Of a stretch of DNA of 64,000 nt, positions 1-10,227 are shown one piece after another. Numbering within the stretch: the stretch's first letter is position 1; each line of letters starts with the position of its first letter. Source of the stretch: a virus; the IMG/VR virus record IMGVR_UViG_3300014773_000013. The stretch is one strand, 5' to 3'. Under the pieces are notes generated by a model, which was not told the DNA's origin, made no database searches, and saw only the letters and a program-made list of their open reading frames with translations. The position numbers and the translations under genes are program-made.

Positions 1-2641
1 TCGTTGACACTCCAAGATCGACTTCGTTCGCGCTAATTCTGACGTAGCTGTTACCGACGTTCGGCGCCAGCATGGTGATCTGCGAAACTAGTGTTTGAGC
101 GTTGTTATAGGCAGTAATATCAATAAAACCCGCCTTGTTGGAGGCGGCGCCAGAGGCGATAGACTCCAGATATAGCCCCGTAGCGTCACTCTCATCGTGT
201 GCGTGGATACGCACACCAGCTGTGCCAGTATTGAGCGTTGAACGCCATGAAATAGCCGCAATCTCATCATAGACAGATGGCATATACATATCGATACCAT
301 AGCTGGTATTGATACGCATCCGCTCCGTGCCACCGCTGTACATGCTAATCGGGATATTGTTGAACTGTGCTGTGTTGCTACTCAGGCGCAAATAGTTGTC
401 AGCAGTCGTGACCCCACTGCCCGCGTAAAATCCATATTCATTTGCTACCCCAAACAGTCCTCTCAGATGGCCCGTCTGTGTTCTGACCACAGCGCCGGTT
501 GCCGGGTGCGTTGTCCACGAGGCGATGCGGGCATAGGGTGAGTTGGAGCCATACAGCCCATCCACCGTGGTCACCTCGTGCCAACCGTTGCCCGATACGC
601 CATAATCCAGCACAATCGCATCTGGTGCAATCACGGTGCCCGGTGCCATCAGCCCCGATGTGGTATCAAGTCCGCCTGAAGAGTAGGTAGGGATCAGGTC
701 GAGCGTAACGCAGACATAGGCCGCATTACTGGCAAGCGTTGCCGCTACATCGCCATAATCACCAGGCATATCGAGCAGATCAAATGCGGAAAATGCACCA
801 ACGCCGGTAGCACCAAAGTCGGCAATCTCGCTCATGCCGTCCGGTGCAACGCCGCGTATATTGCCAGCGATGCCACCATAGAACAGATAGTAATCGGACG
901 TACTCAGCGATAAATTAGACAAGCCAACCATGCTGTTGGTTGGTGTGGACTGCGTGTTTACCTGACTGCTGTAGATGCTCACCACATTGCGCAGACAAAC
1001 CAACGAGACAGCCACTGCAACAGATGAGCTAAAACTAAACGTGTAGCTGGATGGCTCACTGCCCCCGGCCACCTTTGTGTAGATGGCCATCTTGACGCCG
1101 GTCGCTGTGCCACTGTTGCGCAGTGACCAGCCGGACGGTGGCGTAATCGTGACAGATGTATTGTTGATGACAACCTGCGCAATCATCAGATGACCGGATG
1201 CCGTGCCACTGACCTTGCTGACACTGCGCGAGGTAGCGCCGGATGAGTTCGCCGTCTGCACCGTCCCCACCTGGCTGATGGTAGCGACAGAGGCCGTTCC
1301 CGACCGTGTGAATGACCAGCGCTGCACTTTGTCAGCTTGGTCAGTGTAACTGCTGACCGTTCCCCAGCAGTCGGTTATGGACAGGCTGCCGGCTGCCCGG
1401 TCAAACTCTCGGAGCCTGACAAAATCACCACTCTCGAAAATCGCCATATCCTCAGCCGATGGCAGATCGTCCACATAGAGCGGTAGCGACGCACCAGGAT
1501 ACGGAACAACGAAGCTTTGCGCAACGGTGGTCACGCTTTTGGTGATAATCTGCGAACCGGCCAGCGCTTGTTCCAGGTCGGCAATAAACGCTTTAGCATG
1601 TAGCTGATCCGTGTAGATGTAGCGCGTATCCAGTTCGCCATTGTAGGTCATGCGCCAACCAACCAACTGGCTAGTAAAATCATCGGATTGCAGCATCACC
1701 GATGGCTGTACCAGCACCGCGCCGCCAACAGCCGATAGGAACAGATTGCCGCTTGGCGTGCTGATTGATGGTGTCAATACTGATGTTGACGCATTGACCG
1801 TGCCCGTTACAGCCACTGTGCCGCCCACGGGCGCCAGCGCCAGGTTGCCGCTCGCTGTGTCAATCAGTGGTGTACGCAGTTTGGTCGTCGCCGTGAATTG
1901 TACGCCCGTCGTGATGCCGGTAAACGGCGAAAGCGCCAGATCGCCGCTAGCTGTGTCAATCAGTGGTGTACGCAGTTTGGTCGTCGCCGTGAATTGTACG
2001 CCCGTCGTGATGCCGGTAAACGGCGAAAGCGCCAGATCGCCGCTGGCCGTATCAATCGTCGGTGTGGTCACCTGGGTTGTGGCCGTAAACTGCGGCAGTG
2101 TCAGCAGCCCTGCCGCTGATGATTTTAGCAACGAGGCAGCCGCGCCCGGCGCGTCACTTGCTGTGATGGCGTGCGTATGGCTGCCGGTTGCCACGTTGGT
2201 ACTGTCATGCGCCAACGTCCCCGGTGCTGTCAATGCCAACGTCAGCGTGGAGTTCGATCCGCCATCTGTCAAGGCGAACGCACTCGACACTGCTAGCGTC
2301 CGCTCGTTGGTTAGCGCCGTATCTGCCGCTACTGTGAGGTAAGGCGCGCCGTAGAGTGATGTTAGGTCAACCGTGGTGCCGCCGGTTGTCGTGCTACCAC
2401 CGCCGCCACTGGACACCACCACACTGCCGCCGGTCTTGGCCGCATACTGCGCAGCCGCTGGCCGCCCGACGTTGACGACCTGTGTCACGCCGCCGATGGT
2501 GCCGTCGAAAATTTGGCCAGCGATGAACAGCTTGCCTGTACCCACAGCGCCCGCGGTTGGCGATGCCACCGCCGGCTCGAAGTCGGTGGCTAGCTTTGCT
2601 TTAATCCGTTTTATGTTGCGCTTAAAATTCGCTGATGGCAT
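1..2641 (-). CDS. Tail fibre / receptor-binding protein, partial (runs off the left edge)
   Basis: ATG at 2641 overlaps the upstream TGA (MPSANFKRNIKRIK...). The frame is open in the segments I translated (start, about 1140-1240, and the window edge). Gly/Thr/Ser-rich with 32-aa repeats; last gene of the tail module. Absent from the ORF track, probably because there is no stop in the window. Confidence 0.75.
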   Translation of the reverse strand, partial: MPSANFKRNIKRIKAKLATDFEPAVASPTAGAVGTGKLFIAGQIFDGTIGGVTQVVNVGRPAAAQYAAKTGGSVVVSSGGGGSTTTGGTTVDLTSLYGAPYLTVAADTALTNERTLAVSSAFALTDGGSNSTLTLALTAPGTLAHDSTNVATGSHTHAITASDAPGAAASLLKSSAAGLLTLPQFTATTQVTTPTIDTASGDLALSPFTGITTGVQFTATTKLRTPLIDTASGDLALSPFTGITTGVQFTATTKLRTPLIDTASGNLALAPVGGTVAVTGTVNASTSVLTPSISTPSGNLFLSAVGGAVLVQPSVMLQSDDFTSQLVGWRMTYNGELDTRYIYTDQLHAKAFIADLEQALAGSQIITKSVTTVAQSFVVPYPGASLPLYVDDLPSAEDMAIFESGDFVRLREFDRAAGSLSITDCWGTVSSYTDQADKVQRWSFTRSGTASVATISQVGTVQTANSSGATSRSVSKVSGTASGHLMIAQVVINNTSVTITPPSGWSLRNSGTATGVKMAIYTKVAGGSEPSSYTFSFSSSVAVAVSLVCLRNVVSIYSSQVNTQSTPTNSMVGLSNLSLSTSDYYLFYGGIAGNIRGVAPDGMSEIADFGATGVGAFSAFDLLDMPGDYGDVAATLASNAAYVCVTLDLIPTYSSGGLDTTSGLMAPGTVIAPDAIVLDYGVSGNGWHEVTTVDGLYGSNSPYARIASWTTHPATGAVVRTQTGHLRGLFGVANEYGFYAGSGVTTADNYLRLSSNTAQFNNIPISMYSGGTERMRINTSYGIDMYMPSVYDEIAAISWRSTLNTGTAGVRIHAHDESDATGLYLESIASGAASNKAGFIDITAYNNAQTLVSQITMLAPNVGNSYVRISANEVDLGVST
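1854..2045. repeat. 96-bp tandem repeat (32 aa) inside the tail fibre gene
   Basis: Unit gctgtgtcaatcagtgg...gccagatcgccgct starts at 1854 and 1950. Encodes TPLIDTASGDLALSPFTGITTGVQFTATTKLR, with degenerate units on both sides. Confidence 0.9.
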
Positions 2642-5334
2642 CAAAAATTACTTTCATGCCCATACTGGACAAGCCTAAAGGTTGACGACCAATTCCCATT
2701 CGACAGTTTGTGCTCTGCCGACATCACTACATAGAGCCTGTCCATTGCCTGCATATCGTCGGCAAACTGCCACACGACCTGATGAGCCTCACCAGGTCGA
2801 AGCGTGTTCACCTCGTCTGCCGCTGTAACCATCGCCTCAAACGGATAGAGGCGCATATAGTACAGGCGTCGCGCAGCGTTGGTAGCTGCCCCGCTGCTGG
2901 CATAGAGTGTTTCCGGCTTCTCTAACTTCGTGCCGCGTTCTGGCGATTCCGGCCAGTAAATTTTTCCGCTGGTTGTGCCGTCCGGTGTTTTCCAAGGCAA
3001 TATCACCTGTGACACTGGATTGACTTTTCGGAATGCCTGCTGCACACTCACGGCGCTGGTGCGATTCCAGGTTGTCGTCACCGTTGGCGTGCCTGTCCAA
3101 AAGTTATCGACGGCAATCGTAAATTTACTGTCCGGTTCAACCGTCACGCGACAGCCGGAATACTCGGCCAGATCCGCCACCACTGTCCAAGCGTTATCAT
3201 CGGCGGTCACCGCCTCCGCAATAGCTGGCGTACCGGTGTGGCTGATGGCACCAGGCCAGATGCCGGCATTTTCCAACACTTGTTGGATTAGGTCACCGGC
3301 GCTTGTGTCGGCGGCCAACCACAAATCAGGGTCGTGCAATGACGAATCCACCACGGCGTTGATTTCATTGATGCGCACGCGGGCGGGGTCGGTGGTCATG
3401 CTGAATATCTCGTACAGCAGATGACGCACGCGGGCATTGATACCATAAGCCGTATGCGATGGGTCGGTGTTAGTCGTGAGCGTGACAACGCCCGACCAAT
3501 CCGTCGTGTAATCGTCCTGGTCAGGCGTGCGCACATTTTCCACAATGTTGGAGCGCCACAGGGTAAAATGTTTCGGATAAATGGTGCCGCCGGCCCGTTG
3601 CCAGCCAATATTGTCAATCAGAAAGGCGTCGGTGGGTACGCTGCCATCCATGATGAACACTTCGTCGCCAGCATTGTGGATCGCCGCGGTTGTGCCACCC
3701 GCCCCGCGTGCGCCACTTGACGCCAGCGTGACATACTCCGGTGTCTTGCTGGCATAACTGATTTGCTCGTCACCCACAAACAGCGTACCGGAAGATGGTA
3801 GCCCATCCGTGCTGTATTTTTCGTCAGCGCCATTGATGTACAGCATCCCGCTGTTGCCTGGTACGCTGGCCGTAATATCTTGCGCTAGCGTTAGCCCCAT
3901 GCCTGGCAGCGTGACCATGACCCACATCGGATCATCGTTGTCAATGTTGTAGCCTGCATGACATACCATTGACGTGTTCCAGTAAGCCGACGCGTCGCCG
4001 GTGCTGTGCGTCCAAATGTAGCGCATTGTCTGGCCAGTTGTCGGCGCGGTGACGGTGGTCCCCACCCACGGATTATCTGGCGCATCCTCATGCACGACCG
4101 TGCCGTTACCGTCACCCCAGCGCACACGCGACAGCCACAAGTTGGCCTCGCCAACGCGCAACCAGAACTCCCCGCCATCGGTCTGAATGTGGCTAAAAAA
4201 GGCGCGATTCTCGTAGATAGCGGCGCTTTCTGCAAGCGGATTCAACCGGCTAAATACATCCTCATCTTCCACCAGAAAAATGGAACCACCCTCTGGCACT
4301 TCCCCCGGCCCATTGAAGATCCAAATTTCGCAGCCGGTACCCCCGTTGGCACTGTTCAGCGCGTAGCCAACCGCGTTCATACTGTAGCGCACCCGTAGCT
4401 CAATGAAGCGCGCTCCCGAACCGGCGGCTGGTGGCGGGTTGATGTAGATGTGCGCAAAGGCCAGATTGCCGTCATTTTCTGGATCGCCGTTTGGCGCAGG
4501 ACTCCAGATGTCAGTGCCGGTGAAATGCTCGCTAATGAATAGCGTGCTTAGGTCGTCGTCAATGGTGGCCGCTGCGGACAGGTCCGGTGATGCCTGCGTA
4601 AAGTCGCCCGAAGCGCGTTCGTTGTAAGGTAGCACCAACTCCGTCACTGATGACGCGCTGCCAGCGTCGGCCAGGTCGGCCTCACCCACACGTACGCCGC
4701 GTGCTTCCACTTCGCCGACAAGCTGCGCAGAGCTGACAATGTTCAGATTCCATTCTGCGTTATTTTCGTAAGCATCACTCATGGTCGGGTTGTCCACAAA
4801 GCCAACCAGCGCGATTGTGTAACTACCGCCATCATTGCTGGTCGTGACGATGACAATATGACCGTTGCGTAGAACGTGCTGTGGTGCGCGTACGCCGCTG
4901 ATCGTGGCGCGCCAAATGACAGTTGCCGCATTCTCGTCAGCCTCTTCGGTGATGGAAAGCTGACCGTCGTTGGTGGTCACCGGATAGAATTGGTAGACGT
5001 GTGCCCCGCTGCTGTGAACGCCGTTGTGCTCCCGGTCTGTACTCGACTCACGAGTCACGGTAAGCGTGGTGCCACTCCGCGCGGTAAAGCGCTCGTACTC
5101 CCAGGATTCGCCGCTGCCGTTTGGCCCCGCCCACACACCGCCCACCGTGCCGAACCCTGTAGAACTGCCAATCACCAGCGTTGACGCTCCGCTTACCTGG
5201 CCGGTTGTGCCTGCCGACGTGTACAGGTCGCCACTGAAAGCGGCGCCATAGTCATGCACCGACCAATCATAATGCAGATGGTAAGGCCCAATATAGACGC
5301 GGAAATTGACATCAGATAGAACAGTTGCCGCCAT
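2641..5334 (-). CDS. Large tail-tip / baseplate-hub-like protein (897 aa)
   Basis: Long ORF between the Dit-like gene and the fibre. The C-terminal region resembles hub-type tail proteins; the call rests mainly on synteny. Confidence 0.65.
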   Translation of the reverse strand: MAATVLSDVNFRVYIGPYHLHYDWSVHDYGAAFSGDLYTSAGTTGQVSGASTLVIGSSTGFGTVGGVWAGPNGSGESWEYERFTARSGTTLTVTRESSTDREHNGVHSSGAHVYQFYPVTTNDGQLSITEEADENAATVIWRATISGVRAPQHVLRNGHIVIVTTSNDGGSYTIALVGFVDNPTMSDAYENNAEWNLNIVSSAQLVGEVEARGVRVGEADLADAGSASSVTELVLPYNERASGDFTQASPDLSAAATIDDDLSTLFISEHFTGTDIWSPAPNGDPENDGNLAFAHIYINPPPAAGSGARFIELRVRYSMNAVGYALNSANGGTGCEIWIFNGPGEVPEGGSIFLVEDEDVFSRLNPLAESAAIYENRAFFSHIQTDGGEFWLRVGEANLWLSRVRWGDGNGTVVHEDAPDNPWVGTTVTAPTTGQTMRYIWTHSTGDASAYWNTSMVCHAGYNIDNDDPMWVMVTLPGMGLTLAQDITASVPGNSGMLYINGADEKYSTDGLPSSGTLFVGDEQISYASKTPEYVTLASSGARGAGGTTAAIHNAGDEVFIMDGSVPTDAFLIDNIGWQRAGGTIYPKHFTLWRSNIVENVRTPDQDDYTTDWSGVVTLTTNTDPSHTAYGINARVRHLLYEIFSMTTDPARVRINEINAVVDSSLHDPDLWLAADTSAGDLIQQVLENAGIWPGAISHTGTPAIAEAVTADDNAWTVVADLAEYSGCRVTVEPDSKFTIAVDNFWTGTPTVTTTWNRTSAVSVQQAFRKVNPVSQVILPWKTPDGTTSGKIYWPESPERGTKLEKPETLYASSGAATNAARRLYYMRLYPFEAMVTAADEVNTLRPGEAHQVVWQFADDMQAMDRLYVVMSAEHKLSNGNWSSTFRLVQYGHESNF

Positions 5335-5442
5335 TTAACTCGCCGCTCGTATGATTAAAAAATAAAGCCACCAACTGCCCGCCCCAAGCACCGCCCCCGC
5401 CGCTATCCCTATAGCTAGGAAAAAACGTTCTCTGTCACTCAT
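5335..5442 (-). CDS. 35-aa single-TM peptide (MSDRERFFLAIGIAAGAVLGAGSWWLYFLIIRAAS)
   Basis: Manually translated. Fills the gap exactly, with TAA abutting the next ATG. Confidence 0.5.
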   Translation of the reverse strand: MSDRERFFLAIGIAAGAVLGAGSWWLYFLIIRAAS

Positions 5443-5773
5443 TTGGAATTTCGCTAATTTCGTCAAGGATTACAAATGCTTTGTCAGGATCTACCTTGGC
5501 CATTATGATTGCTTTAACCTTTGCGGACACTTCATCCTTGGCGATAAATGCCGGTGATTCAAAATAGACCTCTTCGTCAACAATCACGTAAGCTTTGTAT
5601 AAATATCGCATTGGTCTTTTTTCCTCAATGTTTACCGAACAAGTTGAGCAGGTGTTACCTGCCATTGCGAGGCTCGATGGATACGTGTATGGTGGACCTA
5701 CGTACACATAGCCTGTTGCGGTGCTGCCTGTTGAAAGCCTGCCTGTTGTTGTAGTTAATGTATATTCGCTCAT
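5435..5773 (-). CDS. Hypothetical protein (AT-richer insert in the tail module)
   Basis: ATGA-coupled to the upstream gene. An alternative internal start at MRYLYK is possible. Confidence 0.5.
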   Translation of the reverse strand: MSEYTLTTTTGRLSTGSTATGYVYVGPPYTYPSSLAMAGNTCSTCSVNIEEKRPMRYLYKAYVIVDEEVYFESPAFIAKDEVSAKVKAIIMAKVDPDKAFVILDEISEIPNE

Positions 5774-6114
5774 CTGATTCTTTTAATCTCCCAGGTAACG
5801 CCTTCGACGTATCCGCCCTTAGCCGCGTCCCACGTCGGTTCATAGGCTACAGCGTTGGTGTAAGTGGTCAATACGCCAAGATCATTGTAAAGCTGTGCGG
5901 AGGTATACTTGACACTGGCCGCGCTGCCTAATAATGTGCTGCGTATCCATGTAAAATCCGACAATGACATCTGGGGAAACGTCCAGGTTAGCGTGTAGTA
6001 GCCGGCCACCACCGCCTCGCCGTCACCGTTGACGCGCAGGCGCTCCCGACCAAACTTGTACTGGCCGCCACCTAATTCGATTGATGTTGGAATCGTTGTG
6101 CCGCCTAAGTGCAT
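5770..6114 (-). CDS. Putative distal tail (Dit-like) protein
   Basis: Small beta-rich ORF directly after the tape measure gene. Confidence 0.55.
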   Translation of the reverse strand: MHLGGTTIPTSIELGGGQYKFGRERLRVNGDGEAVVAGYYTLTWTFPQMSLSDFTWIRSTLLGSAASVKYTSAQLYNDLGVLTTYTNAVAYEPTWDAAKGGYVEGVTWEIKRIR

Positions 6115-6221
6115 TGTTTCCGCTCCGCGTCATCCGGCAAGTGCCTGGCTAGCAACTGGCCAAGGATGAACATCTGTACTCTGAATTCTTCGCTATGAAA
6201 AAACGCTATAAAGTCGCTCAT
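6105..6221 (-). CDS. 38-aa mini-ORF resembling the tape measure C-terminal segment
   Basis: Manually translated MSDFIAFFHSEEFRVQMFILGQLLARHLPDDAERKQCT. ATGA overlap with the tape measure stop. Confidence 0.4.
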   Translation of the reverse strand: MSDFIAFFHSEEFRVQMFILGQLLARHLPDDAERKQCT

Positions 6222-9200
6222 GGCTGCTCAATTTCTGTGGCAATGTCAGCCACAACTTTCTCAGCGATGGCATTAGTCAGCGCGCCGCCATTCACTTTGG
6301 CCAGGATGCCAATCTCCAAATAGCTGTACATTAATTCGCCAATGGCCATCAATTGCGCCTTGAACGCCTCGCTACTGAATGAGGTTACGAACCCAGCCTG
6401 AACATAGCCGGCCATTGTGCCGCCGCGCTGCTGTAGGTCCGTGCCGATGGTGCGGATCTCCGTGGTCAACTTCTCCATGAAGCTGGTTGCAAGGCCGGTG
6501 TAAGCGTAGCCCTTGAAGCCGCTTTCCACAGACCCCGCGGGCAGGAACCCAACCGCGTAGAACATGTTCTGTGTGCTGGAAAATTGCGATGATAACGAGG
6601 AGAGCATGGCGTCGGCTAGTGGTGTCGCTGCCTGTTCGCCGCCCGCCGCAGCGCCGCCCGAACCGCCTTTCAGATGTGCAATAATGCCGGCCATGATAAT
6701 TTGCGCTACTACCATGCCCTGTGCCGAGAATGCTGGGATGTTGGCGGCAATGCTCGAACTGATGGAAGTCAGCAATGGAATAATAGCCGTCGTGTCGTCG
6801 CCCCCTTCTGCGGTGTCCAACGTCAGCCCCACGGTCACCGTCGGTTTGACGAGCGTTGACACCAGTTCCTTGAACAGCGTGATTTCTTCCACAGTCACGC
6901 CCAGCGCCGGCACAATGCCCGGCTGCGGGATGGTGTCCTGTAGATAAACCGCGAACTCACTCGCTTCTGTGGCGCCAAAGGACAAGTGCGGTGTAATCGA
7001 CGGCTTGACGAGTGTAGTCACCGTTTCCCGAAATAGCGTAATCTCTTCGATTGTCAGCGCTAATTGCACAGCAACGGACGGCGTGAGTTTGTCGATTTCC
7101 GTTTGCATGGCCACGGCGTCAATCGTCGGTGTCAGCGCCATCGGCATCGGTGCGGCGGCTGTGCCTTGTCCTGATGCGGCAAGGAACGGCGTTAACGCTT
7201 GTGCGCTGGCATCGGCGGTAATCGTGATCTGCGGATTGGGCATTGGCCCCATTGCGCCTGTTTTGCCCTTGGCGGTGCCGAACAGGTTCGCAGGATCGAA
7301 GAATAGCGACGGCGCGTTGGCAATTTTTTCTTTGATCACCTCGCCGCTGGTATTGACATACTCGTCAAGCCCGGTTTGCAAGCCTTCTGTCAGCGGGTCA
7401 ATGTCTACCAGTTGAGGCGGTTTGACAGCGATAGAAGCACCGCCGCCGCCGCCGCCCGTGGCCGCCGCAGTAGCGTCTTCGATAACCACGCCGAAGTACT
7501 CGTAGACGTTTTTCCGGCCTTCTTCGCTCTTTTTCTGCAATTCCTGGGCGTACTTTACGGCTTCCTCATTGATAAAAATGGGGATATTTTCGATAGCGGA
7601 AAATAAAGAACTGTCATTGATGGATCGCTCAAGCAAGGCAAGCGTAGCCTCGTCTGTTGCGCCCACTTCAAGCCCCGCACGCGCTAGACCCGCACGCGCT
7701 TCCTCGATTGACACATCGGCCCAGTCTTTGCCGTTCTTTACCTCATCACGTAGGCGCCGTAAATATTCATCGGCTTTTTCTTGATAGACACCAAGCTTAG
7801 TGTCTATCATATCCTGTTCGGTTACCTGTGTTGTGCTAAACAGTCCCGGCACTTTATCAAGCGCCGCCTTTAACTCCTGGCTGGCTTTTTTGGCACCATC
7901 TTCCAACGCCTTGCCGGCGCGCTTGGCTGATTGCTCGCCAGCCCTGGCCATGTCCCGATTGTAGCGCTCCATCTCGCGCCGGTTCTGTTCGCGCCCCGCT
8001 GCTGCTTGCTGCGTCTGGATACGGTCGGCGATGCTGCCGCCGGTGCCCTGTCCAGCGGAGAATCCGGGTAGATTCGACATGTCAGACTGTGCCGAATTGA
8101 GCGCATAGATCGCACCAGTCGCAATGCCAGCCGCCTCAGCAACGGTTAGCAGGCGCCCCGACAAAATAGACATAATGCCGGCATATTGTCCGCTACTGAT
8201 TTGTCCATTGTGGAACGCTGCTTCAGCCAGAAACATTTGATTGACAAGTTCAGCGGCGTAGGCGTTGCTTTCCAGGAACTCCGTACCCAGATCGCCAACA
8301 ATTTGATTTAGCTGTGAACCGGCATCGGCCACGGTGTAGGCGACTGAGGAAAGGTAGGCAAACTGTGCGGCTTGCTCTTCGGTGACGGAACCGCTGTACA
8401 TCATCTCCGCACTGAGGTTGGCGAGTTCGTTACGCGCCTCCGCAATGCCTGGCAGGAAGTCCACAAAACTGGCGTCGAGACTGGTCAGCGATGCGCCCAG
8501 TTGCGAAAAGTCAATGCTGAATGATTCTTTGGCGCGTTCTTCCGCTTCGTCAAATACCGCGGTTAAGCTTTCCACGATACTGGCCACACGAATGGCGATC
8601 TCGTTGGTGTCGGAAATTCCAGAATCGGCCAACTCCTGTAGCAATGCCTCTACTTGCGCTTTTTGTTGGCGATAGGTGGCAATCGCTTGCTCTATTCCAA
8701 TCTCTGGCGCCGCCTTTTGCGCACGCGCTGCCAATGCCTGATTAATCGGCGATTGCTGCTCGAAGATGGAAGAAAGGCGGTCATTTTCCGCTTTTCGTGC
8801 AGTGTCGGTAGCGTCTTTTTGCGCAGTCTGATAATTCAACAAGCCTTCGACTAGGCTGTCGATACGTAGTCGGTAATCGGACGCCTTTAGCCCGCCAGAC
8901 TCCCACAGACTAATGGTTTCCTGAATGCTCTGGAGGTAAGATTTTTGGACATCATCAGCGTCTTTTATTCCCGTTGCCAGGAACTCATACGCCTGATCCT
9001 CGTTGCTCAAAAACTTTTGAACGAGCTTATCGTTGTTGGTGTACTGTTCAATTAAGTCAGCCGCTGGATTTGTAACAACGTTAATCGCGACGGTGATCTC
9101 TTGTGCGGCGGCGGTTTTTATGTCCGCAATTGCCGTTGAGATTCGTTCCAGCCCAGTGGCGCGCGCCTCTTCCGATTCCAGGATCGGCCCATACTTCGCC

Positions 9201-9979
9201 AAGAGTGTCGAGACCGCAGCCTCTAAAAATGCCTGACTGTCAGAAAGAGTTTCATTTTCACGGCGCAATTCTGACATCTTGGCGCGCACTTCGCCGACCG
9301 ACAAACCAAGCTGATCAAGGCGTCGATAGGATGTGTTAGCTGCGGCAAGGCCCAATTCACTAATGGCACTTTGAATATCGTTGATGACTGGCGACACAAA
9401 CGCCACGGCGCGCGCCGCTTGTGTTAATCGTCCAAAACTCTCGGCGGTGCTGGCCAGTCCTAGCGCTAATGCCTGGTTGCCGATCTGCATAGCCTGAAAG
9501 CTGCTGACTGTATTGCCGCTAGCCTGCTGAATCGCATTAAGATTCTTTTGCGCTTGGTTTGCACCGCCCGACAAAATCTCAAATGCTTTTTCAGTACGGA
9601 TTGACTCCGTACCTAATTTTGCCATTTCCAGAATAGGGCCAGCCAACCCTATCGCCAGCCCACCAGCTACTAAACTCCCCCCTAATAGAGCGGGTGGCAA
9701 TTTGAAACTGTCGAACAACTGTCCCACAGCATCACCAAATGTTGGCACTTTGATTTGGCTAATTTTTTCGGCGGCATTACGGCTAGCGTTTGCTACCTGA
9801 TCCATCTCAGCACGCAGTTGGCGCGCATTTTGGACACCGGCCTGTAGCTGGCGCGTGTCCAGTTTGCCAATGCTGATTTGCCGCAACTCTTTCTCAAAAG
9901 TGCTGCGGATCTGCCCCGCCTCGCGCTTAGCGGTTGCGGTATCAATAATTATTCTGTATACTAGCTGTCGATCCGGCAT
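6218..9979 (-). CDS. Tape measure protein
   Basis: About 1250 aa, Ala-rich and helical, longest tail gene, downstream of the tail chaperones. Likely start MPDRQLVYRIII. Confidence 0.9.
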   Translation of the reverse strand: MPDRQLVYRIIIDTATAKREAGQIRSTFEKELRQISIGKLDTRQLQAGVQNARQLRAEMDQVANASRNAAEKISQIKVPTFGDAVGQLFDSFKLPPALLGGSLVAGGLAIGLAGPILEMAKLGTESIRTEKAFEILSGGANQAQKNLNAIQQASGNTVSSFQAMQIGNQALALGLASTAESFGRLTQAARAVAFVSPVINDIQSAISELGLAAANTSYRRLDQLGLSVGEVRAKMSELRRENETLSDSQAFLEAAVSTLLAKYGPILESEEARATGLERISTAIADIKTAAAQEITVAINVVTNPAADLIEQYTNNDKLVQKFLSNEDQAYEFLATGIKDADDVQKSYLQSIQETISLWESGGLKASDYRLRIDSLVEGLLNYQTAQKDATDTARKAENDRLSSIFEQQSPINQALAARAQKAAPEIGIEQAIATYRQQKAQVEALLQELADSGISDTNEIAIRVASIVESLTAVFDEAEERAKESFSIDFSQLGASLTSLDASFVDFLPGIAEARNELANLSAEMMYSGSVTEEQAAQFAYLSSVAYTVADAGSQLNQIVGDLGTEFLESNAYAAELVNQMFLAEAAFHNGQISSGQYAGIMSILSGRLLTVAEAAGIATGAIYALNSAQSDMSNLPGFSAGQGTGGSIADRIQTQQAAAGREQNRREMERYNRDMARAGEQSAKRAGKALEDGAKKASQELKAALDKVPGLFSTTQVTEQDMIDTKLGVYQEKADEYLRRLRDEVKNGKDWADVSIEEARAGLARAGLEVGATDEATLALLERSINDSSLFSAIENIPIFINEEAVKYAQELQKKSEEGRKNVYEYFGVVIEDATAAATGGGGGGASIAVKPPQLVDIDPLTEGLQTGLDEYVNTSGEVIKEKIANAPSLFFDPANLFGTAKGKTGAMGPMPNPQITITADASAQALTPFLAASGQGTAAAPMPMALTPTIDAVAMQTEIDKLTPSVAVQLALTIEEITLFRETVTTLVKPSITPHLSFGATEASEFAVYLQDTIPQPGIVPALGVTVEEITLFKELVSTLVKPTVTVGLTLDTAEGGDDTTAIIPLLTSISSSIAANIPAFSAQGMVVAQIIMAGIIAHLKGGSGGAAAGGEQAATPLADAMLSSLSSQFSSTQNMFYAVGFLPAGSVESGFKGYAYTGLATSFMEKLTTEIRTIGTDLQQRGGTMAGYVQAGFVTSFSSEAFKAQLMAIGELMYSYLEIGILAKVNGGALTNAIAEKVVADIATEIEQP

Positions 9980-10002
9980 TTGCAATCCCGAAAGGTAAAA
10001 CT

Positions 10003-10227
10003 ATGTACGATCAAATCCTGGTAACGATACTTGTAATCTTTGTCGGTATAGCGGTCTTCCTTGGCATCCTGCTGGCGTCCCGCGGGCTGATCCAGTGGCT
10101 TATTGGTACCTCCGACATCATCCGCCTACTGGAAGAACAAAACCGCCTACTCGAAATCATCGCCACCCAGGAAGCCCGCCGCAACGTATCGCGCCCCAAC
10201 ATTGTGCGCAATCCACCGCAGCCCTAG
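10003..10227 (+). CDS. Small membrane protein on the opposite strand (moron-like)
   Basis: RBS-like GAAAGG before ATG, N-terminal TM helix and short coiled coil. Fills the gap between two tail genes. Confidence 0.75.
   Translation: MYDQILVTILVIFVGIAVFLGILLASRGLIQWLIGTSDIIRLLEEQNRLLEIIATQEARRNVSRPNIVRNPPQP

Noticed and set aside
1854..2045. CRISPR array or DGR template/variable repeat
   Set aside because: These are in-frame coding tandem repeats with no spacers and no adenine-specific differences, and there is no reverse transcriptase in the window.
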